From Gemmatimonadota bacterium (lineage in GTDB: Bacteria; Gemmatimonadota; Gemmatimonadetes; Longimicrobiales; Gaopeijiaceae), in assembly GCA_039589315.1 (NCBI GenBank), contig JBDHHQ010000096.1:1-17486 (forward strand): a stretch of DNA of 17,486 nucleotides. Direction: 5' to 3'. This document shows, piece after piece, positions 9,470 through 17,486 of the stretch. The notes under the pieces were generated by a model. The model saw only the letters and a list, made by a program, of their open reading frames with translations. It made no database searches and was not told where the DNA came from. Numbering within the stretch: position 1 is the first letter of the stretch; every line of letters starts with the position of its first letter. A program made the translations under genes and the position numbers.

Positions 9470-12024
9470 CCCGCGCCCTCGAGGGTACGGAGGCGGCCCG
9501 CCTCCAGCGGCACGACGCAGCCGCCCAGCCGTTCGAGTGCCGACTCCACGTCGCGGTGGCACGTGAACACGAACACCTGCCGGTCCTCAGCCAGCCGTGC
9601 CATCAGCTCGATGCCCCGCGAGCGCCGGTCTTCGTCCCAGTTCACGAACACCTCGTCCACAAAAACCGGTAGCCGCTCTCCACCCACGTCGAGCTCGTCC
9701 ACCGCGGCGAGGCGAAGCGCCAGATATGCCTGCTCCCGCGTTCCGGTGGAGACGCCGCCGTCCAGTGACACGGCGTGCTGATACCCGTCGCCGCGGAGCT
9801 TGAAGATCTCCCGGTCAGCTTCCTCTGCCGAGACGATACGGCTGTAGCGGCCTTCGGTGATGTGGGTCAGGTAGTCGCCGGCTCGCCGAAGGACGCGCGG
9901 CTGACGCTCCTCTCGGAATCGATGGTCGGCCAGCCGAATCAGCCGGGCGAGAAGGACCTTCCGGTCCCGCTCCCTGGCCAGCTCGGCCCTCTCTTCGCGC
10001 AGAGCCAGGAGCTCGCCGTCGACCTCGTCCGGATCGGGCTGCTCCCGGAGCCGGACGATGGACTGCTCGTCACGTTCGAGGCTCCGGCCCAGCTCCTCGA
10101 TGCCGCGCGTGAGGTCCACACGCCGACGCTGGAGCGCCGTCAGGGCATGGGGGTCCCGGGTCCACGGCTCGCCGGCTTGCACGGCCCGTTCGATCTCGGC
10201 CTGGAGCTGACCCAGGTCGGAGTGGCTGCGAGCCAGCTCTCGCCGGAGCTCCCGGGCGGTGCTCAGGGCGGTGCGCCGCTCGACCGCCACGCCTGCGCCC
10301 CTGTCGGGATCGCCGTCGCCCAGGGTAGACAGCCGCGCCTCCAGCGCAGCCTGGGCCGCTTCGGCCTCCGCGAGCTCCCGCTCGGCCCCCGCACGGCCGG
10401 CTCCCAGCCGTGCCGTGGCCTCGCCGGGAGCCACCGATGGGACGACCGATCCAGCGGCGGGCTCTACCGCTGCGGGAGTCGCTGCGTCGAAGCCCAGGGT
10501 CAATTGGCCCTGCGACGTTCCGTCCGAGTCCGACTCCCTGGGGGCGAGACCCACGTCCAGTGCCATGGCGAGCTGACCGGTCAGGTCTCTCTCCAGCTCC
10601 TGGAGCCGCTGGAGGAGTGCCGGTAGCTCCAAGGTCGGAGCCTCCACGACCTCGCCACGAAGGGAAAGACGCGCCACGGTGGACGTGAACGCGGCGCGGG
10701 TCCGCGCCTCGGTCGCGATGAGATCGGCCGCTCCGGTTTCCGGCCCAGCCTCCACGGCCACGCCCTGGCTCCCTCGCCGCAGGGCGAGAAGCATCCACAC
10801 CCCGACCGCCACCGCTCCCGCGCCCAGCGCGATCAAGCCACTGCGGCCGAGCGCGACGCCAGCCGTGGCGACTGCCGCCCCGGCTGCCGCCACTCCCGCC
10901 GCCAGTCGGCGTCGCCCGGTGGGCCGCGGAAGCTCGGTGGGCGGGGAGGCCGATCGCGCCTCAGCCAGACGGACGGCGTCCCGTGCCGCCAGGTACTCCC
11001 GCAGGCGCTCCCTGACGGCAACCGGACTCGCGCCCCGGATGGCGGCGCGGTCGGCGTCCGTCCACTCCCGGCCGAACAGCTCCTCGCTGATGGAGCGGGC
11101 GCGCCGATGATTCTCGCGGAGGGCGCTTTCGAGCCCCTCCAGCTCCTGCACCCGGGCGGCCAGCGTGCGGGAGCGCGCCCGGAGTCCGGCGAGGTGGTCC
11201 GCCGGATCGGCCGGAAGCTCGGCCAGCTCCGCGGGATCTCCTGCAGCCCGCTCGAGCTCTTCGATCCTCTTTGACTGTCGGTGCACCGGGAGCAGTCGGG
11301 TGAGGCGTCCCTCCAGGCGCTGGATCTCCAGGCGCTCCCCGTTGGCGCCCTCGAGCCGCTCCTTGCCGTCGTGGACCCGGCTCACGAGCGCGCGGACCTG
11401 CCGGTCCCGCTCGAGAGCCTCCTCACGCCGTCCCTCGACCGCGCGGATGCGTTCCCCGATCAGGCGGATCCTCTGCTTCCCTCTCCGGTTGGGGCGCCAC
11501 AGCGCGCCCGCCTCGTCCTCGAGCTGCTTCGCCGCGTCCCTGGGAGACACGAGATCCCTGGCCCCCATCGCGCTGACGAGTCGGTCCTGAACCTTCGACC
11601 AGCTCCCAGCCTCGAGCGCCGCCACCTCCGCGAGGGTCAGGGCGAACACCTGGCGGAAGACCGTGCGGGGCAGCCGCTCCACCAGGCCCACTGAGCGGTT
11701 CCGCAGGTCCTCCTCGCGGTCCCCCAGCGTGAGACGGCCCACGGGCGTGCCGCCCAGCCGCCTGTGCACCTCGATGGACTGGCCATCCGCCGTGTGGATC
11801 CAGACGGTTCCCTCCGCGTCCTCTCCACTCCAGGGTGCGTCACGGTTCTGCTCCCGGTTGGCCGGCTGAAAACCGTACAGTAGGGAGGTCAGGAACCGGA
11901 AGAAGGTGCTCTTACCGGCCTCGTTGGGACCCGTGACGACGACCAGGTCACCCAGGGCGCCGGGCCCCGTGTCCAAACCTTCGATACGGCCGAACCGCCG
12001 CACGTGGATCCGGTCCAGCCTCAT
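9466..12024 (-). CDS. YhaN-like (SbcC/Rad50-type) coiled-coil ATPase
   Basis: N-terminal MRLDRIHVRRFG, Walker A GPNEAGKST, long coiled coils, signature-like VSTGTREQAYLALRLA, Walker B/D-loop LPVFVDEVFVNWD, H-loop FTCH. ATG 12024 overlaps the upstream stop (ATGA). Confidence 0.9.
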   Translation of the reverse strand: MRLDRIHVRRFGRIEGLDTGPGALGDLVVVTGPNEAGKSTFFRFLTSLLYGFQPANREQNRDAPWSGEDAEGTVWIHTADGQSIEVHRRLGGTPVGRLTLGDREEDLRNRSVGLVERLPRTVFRQVFALTLAEVAALEAGSWSKVQDRLVSAMGARDLVSPRDAAKQLEDEAGALWRPNRRGKQRIRLIGERIRAVEGRREEALERDRQVRALVSRVHDGKERLEGANGERLEIQRLEGRLTRLLPVHRQSKRIEELERAAGDPAELAELPADPADHLAGLRARSRTLAARVQELEGLESALRENHRRARSISEELFGREWTDADRAAIRGASPVAVRERLREYLAARDAVRLAEARSASPPTELPRPTGRRRLAAGVAAAGAAVATAGVALGRSGLIALGAGAVAVGVWMLLALRRGSQGVAVEAGPETGAADLIATEARTRAAFTSTVARLSLRGEVVEAPTLELPALLQRLQELERDLTGQLAMALDVGLAPRESDSDGTSQGQLTLGFDAATPAAVEPAAGSVVPSVAPGEATARLGAGRAGAERELAEAEAAQAALEARLSTLGDGDPDRGAGVAVERRTALSTARELRRELARSHSDLGQLQAEIERAVQAGEPWTRDPHALTALQRRRVDLTRGIEELGRSLERDEQSIVRLREQPDPDEVDGELLALREERAELARERDRKVLLARLIRLADHRFREERQPRVLRRAGDYLTHITEGRYSRIVSAEEADREIFKLRGDGYQHAVSLDGGVSTGTREQAYLALRLAAVDELDVGGERLPVFVDEVFVNWDEDRRSRGIELMARLAEDRQVFVFTCHRDVESALERLGGCVVPLEAGRLRTLEGAG

Positions 12025-13286
12025 CGGCCGTCTCGCTCCGCTCGACCGTCCTGCTTCCACAGGCGCGTCAGAAGCTCGGTCTGGGCCCCTGGCAGCAGAG
12101 TCCGCAAGTAGCCCTGAGCGTCGCGAACCTCCTCCAGATGGGGAAGCGCCAGCTCGTGCTCCGGGATTTCGGGGAGCGGCTCGGCTCCCTCCCGAATCGC
12201 GGCCGCCAGGCGCAGGACCTCACCCAGGACGTCGGGCCGTTCGACATGCTCGTCCACGTCCAGAACGGCGTGCACCCCGGGTGCGAGCACGTCGCACCAG
12301 AGGAGACCGAGACGGCTCGAGACAGCCTGTCCGAGGGCGCTTCGCTCGTCTTCCAGAGAGAGGGCGCGCCAGAGGGGGCACGGGCCGGAGAGCGTCACCT
12401 GCGCCAACGTGGCTTCTGGCTCGGGGTCTGCTGCGCCCTGGTCTCCCTCCCACGCCTCGGCCACCCGATCGACGAGCTCCTCCACGCTCTGACACGTCTC
12501 GAGGCCTCCCACCGACAAGCGAGCCCAGCGGATGGGCGCCAGGTCGTGGAATCGCACCACCGGACGGTTGGGCACGGAGAGGTCCACGCTCAAGCATCCC
12601 CGCGGGCCGTCCTCCCGCGGATTCCTGCCCTGAACGTTGCCCGGGTAGTGGATCGGAGGATCCGCCGAAAGCTCCTGCCGCAGGTGCACGTGGCCCAGGG
12701 CCCAGTAGTGGTATCCGGCTGTGCGGAGCTGGCCGAGCACCGACGGCGCGTAGGGCTCGTGTGTGACCTCGTCCAGGGAGCCCCTCACCTGCGTGTGAAG
12801 GAGGGCCACCTCGGGCAGCTCCCCGGTAGGCCGGGGAAGCCGTTGGGAGAGGTCGTCGGTCTCCCGCGCCGACGCGTGCCCCACCGCCGTCACGAACCCC
12901 AGCGGCTGGCCGTCGCGAGATCGGACGGCGACCCTTCGGGGCTCGTGATCCGGGATCACGGCCACGCCGTCGGGCCACCCCATCTCCAGGGAGCGAGAGC
13001 CGGGGGCTCCGGGGTCGTGATTACCGGTGGCGTACACGACCTGCACGCCCGCCTCCGCCAGCCGGGACAGCTGCTCCATGAGCAGGGACTCGGTCTCGAA
13101 GGAGACACGACGCCCGTCGAAGAGATCGCCAGCGATGAGAAAGGCGTCCACCTGCTCCTGGAGAGCCAGCTCGACGGCCCGCGAGAAAGCCGAACGCGTA
13201 GCTGCCCTGAGTCGCTTGCGCACCATGGGCGAGCGGGTGGAGAACGGCGTGTCCAGATGGACGTCTGCGATGTGGACGAAGCGCAT
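12021..13286 (-). CDS. YhaO-like (SbcD/Mre11-type) metallophosphoesterase, DNA repair nuclease
   Basis: MRFVHIADVHLD, IAGDLFD, GNHD, ALLH, YWALGHVH, YPGNVQGR...E.G.RG. Start at ATG 13286. Confidence 0.92.
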   Translation of the reverse strand: MRFVHIADVHLDTPFSTRSPMVRKRLRAATRSAFSRAVELALQEQVDAFLIAGDLFDGRRVSFETESLLMEQLSRLAEAGVQVVYATGNHDPGAPGSRSLEMGWPDGVAVIPDHEPRRVAVRSRDGQPLGFVTAVGHASARETDDLSQRLPRPTGELPEVALLHTQVRGSLDEVTHEPYAPSVLGQLRTAGYHYWALGHVHLRQELSADPPIHYPGNVQGRNPREDGPRGCLSVDLSVPNRPVVRFHDLAPIRWARLSVGGLETCQSVEELVDRVAEAWEGDQGAADPEPEATLAQVTLSGPCPLWRALSLEDERSALGQAVSSRLGLLWCDVLAPGVHAVLDVDEHVERPDVLGEVLRLAAAIREGAEPLPEIPEHELALPHLEEVRDAQGYLRTLLPGAQTELLTRLWKQDGRAERDGR

Positions 13287-13483
13287 CCTGCAATCGGTCG
13301 GAAGCTTCGGGCTCTGTCGAAGGTGTCCGGTCGGGTCGGGCGGCACCATGGGGCAGGGTCCGTGCCGGAGCCCTCCCGTCATGGTCGCGCTACCGAAGAA
13401 GTCCCGCAAGTGGCCGGCGAGCAGGTGCGTGCGCCCGTCGCTACGCCACGCCCCCACCGGACGACTCTCACGGACGTGCCGGG

Positions 13484-13512
13484 TTTGCTGGCCGGCATGG
13501 CTCTAGTATCTT
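13484..13512 (+). promoter_or_regulatory. Possible sigma70-type promoter for the glutamate dehydrogenase gene
   Basis: TTGCTG (13485-13490), 16 bp spacer, TATCTT (13507-13512) in a locally AT-richer patch of the divergent intergenic region. Weak consensus match only. Confidence 0.3.
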
Positions 13513-13641
13513 ACGCGCAATTCAGCGAGTATCCGGCGGGCGTCTCCCACATGAACCCGGGGAGCGCCCGAAACTTATGTGGCCGAGCAAAGCGAGTGCC
13601 GTGCACACCCGGCGAATTGCCGATCCCACAGTCGCCTCGCC

Positions 13642-16600
13642 ATGACCGACCCCGGTAGGACGGCCGCGGAGCGCGGCCGGGACACCTCCCCCGTCGTTGA
13701 CGCGGTCTGCCGTCAGCTGGAGCGCCAGGTCGACGCGACGGACGCCGAGCTGGCCGCTCGCTTCGCAGAGCTCTTCCTGGGCAAGGCCCCTCCAGAGTTC
13801 CTCCAGGGGCGCAGCGCGGACCAGCTGGCGCACCTGACCCGGGGCGCGTTCGAGTTCCTGAAGCAGGGGCACCCCGACCGGGTGGATGTCCAGGTCTTCA
13901 ATCCCGACGTCGACAACGAGGGCTGGTATGCCCCGGTCACCGTCGTCCGGACCAACATCTCCGAGCGCCCCTTCATCGTCGACTCCCTGCGGGAGTTCCT
14001 CAGCGCCCAGGACATGGCCATCGCGCACCTGATCTATCCTCTCCTGCATGTGGAGCGGCACGACCAGGGGACCATCGTCGACATCCGTTCCTCTCGCGAG
14101 GGTGTCCGGCGGGAGTCGGTGATTCACTGCGAAGTGGCCCGGTGCGCGGACGAGGAGATGCTCGACTTCCTTCGCGAGGAGACCGCTCGCCGGCTGCAGG
14201 ACGTCGTAAGGGCCACCGACGACTTCGGGGCGATGTTGGAAGCGGCGCGGCGAACCCACGACACCCTGGGTGCCCGCATCGAAGACCTGCCGGAACGAAG
14301 AGACGAGCTCACGGAGATCCAGGCATTCCTGCAGTGGCTGCAGGACGAGGCGTTCGTCTTCCTCGGTTACAGGGGCTACGACCTCGTGCGGGACGAGGGG
14401 GGTCACATGTCGATCCTGGTGGAGCCGGGCTCGGGTCTGGGAATCCTGCGGAACGAGGCGGAATCCGCGTTCGCGGAGCCGGTCCGACTCGACGAGATCC
14501 CAGAGGGGATTCGAGGGCTGGTCGAAGGCGGCCCCGTCCTCATCATCTCGAAGACGAACGCCGAGTCGACGGTGCACAGGCGTGCCCGGATGGACTACAT
14601 CGGCGTCAAGAAGCTGGCTCCCGACGGCACGGTCAGGGGCGAGCATCGCTTCATCGGGCTCTTCACCTCACGCGTGTACGCCGCTGACGCCGAGCACGTC
14701 CCGATCTTGCGTAGGAAGCTGGATCAGATCCTGAGCGCGGCCGGGGTCCTGGCAGGCTCCCACGACTACAAGGAGATCAACACGATCTTCAACTCCATGC
14801 CGAAGGAGGAGCTGTTCCTCACCTCGGCAGAGGAGGTCGGGGCCGACATCCAGACCGTCATGACGACGTACCGCACCGAGGAGGTGCGGGTAACGCTCCG
14901 CGACGATCCGTTGAGCCGGGGCGTGGCCGTCATGGTGGGCGAGCTGCTCAACTATCACCTGGCTCTGGGCGAGGGCGATCAAGCCAGGCTGCACTTCCAT
15001 ATCGGAACCACTCCCGAGAAGCTGGGCCGTGTGGAGGCCTCCGAGCTCGAGCGCGTCGTGCACGAGCTCATCCGTTCCTGGGCGGACCGTGTCCGGGAGG
15101 GTCTGGAACGTGTCCGACCACCCGACGAGGCCCGTCGCCTAGCACGCATCTACGGCGACGCGTTCAGCGGCGAGTACAGGGCCGCTACGCCCCCGAGGGT
15201 GGCCGTTCGGGACATCCTCGAGCTCCAGGCCATGCAGGCCGACGGGCGCATGATCGCGATCTCGTTGGAGAACCGTGGCGCGGAGGCGGCCGCCGGCGTG
15301 GAGGAGCCGTTCACGGAGCTCAAGGTCTATCTGCGAGGCGAGCGTCTGGTCCTCTCCGACTTCATGCCGATCCTCGAGAATGCCGGGCTGCGAGTGATCG
15401 CCGTGAACCCCTTCGACGTGAAGGGCGAGGGCGCGCCCAACGCGACGGTCTATTCCTTCTCCGTCCAGAACGCGCAGGGACTACCCCTCGACGTTCGGGG
15501 GCGGGGCACCCTGTTGGCCGACACGATCCTGGCGGTTCGGGCCGGCGATGCGACCAACGATCGGGTGAACACCCTCGTGATCTCGGCGGGGCTGGCCTGG
15601 CGAGAGGCCGACGTGCTGCGGAGCTACTGTTCGTACGCGTTCCAGATCGGTGCCGCGCCGACGAGGGCGACCTTCTGGACGGCGCTCAACAAGCACCCCG
15701 AGATCGCACGCATTCTCTTCGACCTGTTCGAGGCGCGCTTCGATCCGGAGGGCCTGGGGACCCTCGAGGAGCGTGCGGAGGCCGCGGAGGACATCCGGTC
15801 GGCCTTTCAGCAAGCTCTCTCCGGCGTGGACCTGTTGGGGGAGGACCGGGCGCTTCGGCGGCTGGCGGTCCTCATCGAGGGCACGGTGCGCACGAACTAC
15901 TACCGGAACGGAGGCGCGACACCCACCCGCCGCTCGGGCGGGGTCCCCTACATGTCGTTCAAGTTCGCCTCTGACAAGCTGGTGTCGGTGGTGCGCACGC
16001 GACTCAAGTATGAGGTCTGGGTTCGCTCGTCGAGGATGGAGGGCGTGCACCTCCGGGGCGCCAGGGTGGCCCGGGGCGGGATTCGTCACTCGGACCGACG
16101 AGACGACTTTCGCATCGAGATCCTGGGCCTGGTGAACACCCAGGTCGTGAAGAATGCGGTGATCGTGCCGGGCGGGTCGAAGGGCGGCTTCGTCACGCTC
16201 CGGACGATGGCTGGCGTGGACGCCATGCGCGAGGAGAGCGGGGAACAATACAAGACACTCATGCGGGGGCTGCTGGACCTGACGGACAACATCCAGGACG
16301 TTCGCACGGTGCCCCCTGAGAACGTCGTGTGTTGGGACGAGCCTGACCCGTATCTGGTCGTCGCCGCCGACAAGGGCACGGCCACCCTTTCGGACGTGGC
16401 GAACGGCGTTGCCGAGGAGTACGGATTCTGGCTGGGTGACGCTTTCGCGTCTGGTGGCTCCCACGGGTACGACCACAAGAAGGTGGGGATCACGGCGCGC
16501 GGCGCATGGGAGGGCGTGAAGCGTCACTTCCGCGAGAAGGGCAAGGACATCCAGGCCGAGCCGTTCACGGTCGTGGGCATCGGCGACATGAGTGGCGACG

Positions 16601-17486
16601 TCTTCGGCAACGGTATGCTCCTCTCGGAGCAGATCAAGCTCCTGGCGGCCTTCGACCATCGCCACGTCTTCATCGACCCGGATCCGGACCCGGCCTCCTC
16701 GTTCGCCGAACGGAAGCGACTGTTCGAGCTGGGTCGGTCGAGTTGGGACGACTACGACCGCAGTGCCTTGAGTCCCGGGATGGATGGGGAGTCGCTCGTG
16801 CGCAGCGTGTTGAGGGCGCCGGGGGAGCTGCTCTGGAACGGGGGCATCGGCACCTATGTGAAGGCGTCCACCGAGATTCAGGCCGACGTGGGTGATCCGT
16901 CCAACGACGCGGTCCGGATAGACGTGCCACAGCTCCGGGTGGAGGTGGTCGGCGAGGGCGGCAACCTCGGGCTCACCCAGGCCGCCCGCATCGAGTACGC
17001 GCTGCGCGGCGGACGGATCAACACCGACGCCCTGGACAACTCGGGTGGCGTGGACCTTTCGGACCGGGAGGTCAACCTCAAGATCCTTCTGAGTGCCGGG
17101 TCCGAGGGGTCGATGAGCCAACGCAACGCGCTCCTGGAGGACCTTACCGACGCGGTGGCCGCGCTGGTTCTCAAGGACAACGAGTCCCAGAGCATGGCGA
17201 TCTCCCTGGACGAGATCCGCGCACGGGAGTCGGCCGACGACTTCAGGGGCCTCATGTCCAGCCTGGAACGGGCGGGAGAGCTGGACCGGCAGGCCGAGCA
17301 CCTGCCCACCCTGGAGGCCCTCGTCGAACGAATGGAGGGGGGGAGCACCCTCTGCCGCCCCGAGCTGTGCGTGTTGCTCGCGTACGCGAAGCTGAACCTC
17401 AAGGCCCACATCCTGCGAAGTCCGCTTCCCGACGACCCTGCCGCGACCAGCTACCTGTTGGGGTACTTCCCCGCCGCGGCGGTGCG
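13642..17486 (+). CDS. gdhB: Large NAD-specific glutamate dehydrogenase (GdhB/Gdh2 type), 3' end outside the window
   Basis: Frame +1 is open from ATG 13642 to the window end (absent from the track because no stop is reached). Motifs RPFIVDS, STVHRRARMDYIGVK, RFIGLFTS, EGVHLR...VARGGIR.SDR..DFR.EILGL, KNAVIVPGGSKGGF, DPYLVVAADKGTA, DAFASGGS.GYDHK, GIGDMSGDVFGNG, LLWNGGIGTYVK, EGGNLG, NTDALDNSGGVD. Confidence 0.95.
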   Translation, partial: MTDPGRTAAERGRDTSPVVDAVCRQLERQVDATDAELAARFAELFLGKAPPEFLQGRSADQLAHLTRGAFEFLKQGHPDRVDVQVFNPDVDNEGWYAPVTVVRTNISERPFIVDSLREFLSAQDMAIAHLIYPLLHVERHDQGTIVDIRSSREGVRRESVIHCEVARCADEEMLDFLREETARRLQDVVRATDDFGAMLEAARRTHDTLGARIEDLPERRDELTEIQAFLQWLQDEAFVFLGYRGYDLVRDEGGHMSILVEPGSGLGILRNEAESAFAEPVRLDEIPEGIRGLVEGGPVLIISKTNAESTVHRRARMDYIGVKKLAPDGTVRGEHRFIGLFTSRVYAADAEHVPILRRKLDQILSAAGVLAGSHDYKEINTIFNSMPKEELFLTSAEEVGADIQTVMTTYRTEEVRVTLRDDPLSRGVAVMVGELLNYHLALGEGDQARLHFHIGTTPEKLGRVEASELERVVHELIRSWADRVREGLERVRPPDEARRLARIYGDAFSGEYRAATPPRVAVRDILELQAMQADGRMIAISLENRGAEAAAGVEEPFTELKVYLRGERLVLSDFMPILENAGLRVIAVNPFDVKGEGAPNATVYSFSVQNAQGLPLDVRGRGTLLADTILAVRAGDATNDRVNTLVISAGLAWREADVLRSYCSYAFQIGAAPTRATFWTALNKHPEIARILFDLFEARFDPEGLGTLEERAEAAEDIRSAFQQALSGVDLLGEDRALRRLAVLIEGTVRTNYYRNGGATPTRRSGGVPYMSFKFASDKLVSVVRTRLKYEVWVRSSRMEGVHLRGARVARGGIRHSDRRDDFRIEILGLVNTQVVKNAVIVPGGSKGGFVTLRTMAGVDAMREESGEQYKTLMRGLLDLTDNIQDVRTVPPENVVCWDEPDPYLVVAADKGTATLSDVANGVAEEYGFWLGDAFASGGSHGYDHKKVGITARGAWEGVKRHFREKGKDIQAEPFTVVGIGDMSGDVFGNGMLLSEQIKLLAAFDHRHVFIDPDPDPASSFAERKRLFELGRSSWDDYDRSALSPGMDGESLVRSVLRAPGELLWNGGIGTYVKASTEIQADVGDPSNDAVRIDVPQLRVEVVGEGGNLGLTQAARIEYALRGGRINTDALDNSGGVDLSDREVNLKILLSAGSEGSMSQRNALLEDLTDAVAALVLKDNESQSMAISLDEIRARESADDFRGLMSSLERAGELDRQAEHLPTLEALVERMEGGSTLCRPELCVLLAYAKLNLKAHILRSPLPDDPAATSYLLGYFPAAAV

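Noticed and set aside
13287..13641. Riboswitch or ncRNA in the 355-bp divergent intergenic region
   Set aside because: No recognisable aptamer, tRNA or terminator pattern by eye; an Rfam scan would be needed to exclude one.
12138..13658. 506-aa plus-strand ORF
   Set aside because: Antisense shadow of the YhaO/SbcD-like nuclease gene.
15481..17409. 642-aa minus-strand ORF (also 13522..14646, 374 aa)
   Set aside because: Antisense shadows of the glutamate dehydrogenase, whose motifs are unambiguous on the plus strand.

Overview
GC-rich bacterial chromosomal window with about 13 protein-coding genes and no RNA genes, CRISPR array or mobile element that I can recognise. In order: the 3' end of a probable M28 peptidase; sucA (-); a divergent coupled trio of pgeF, a 63-aa four-Cys protein and an OsmC/Ohr-family gene; three glycosyltransferases (CESA-like GT2, a multi-pass GT87-like protein on the opposite strand, DPM1-like GT2); a coupled minus-strand operon of YhaO/SbcD-like nuclease, YhaN/SbcC-like ATPase and alpha/beta hydrolase; and a large NAD-glutamate dehydrogenase running off the right edge. 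The main finding is the OsmC-family gene (4381-4854), which the ORF track splits in two. An in-frame TGA (4570-4572) falls at the position of the family's first catalytic Cys and is followed by a hairpin fitting the bacterial SECIS model, so it is very likely a selenoprotein with a Sec64/Cys132 pair. Secondary findings are two apparent in-frame deletions in conserved parts of the glutamate dehydrogenase, a perfect 22-bp palindrome beside a direct repeat upstream of the glycosyltransferases, and long antisense overlaps in that cluster. All family assignments come from motif recognition by eye; no searches were run.
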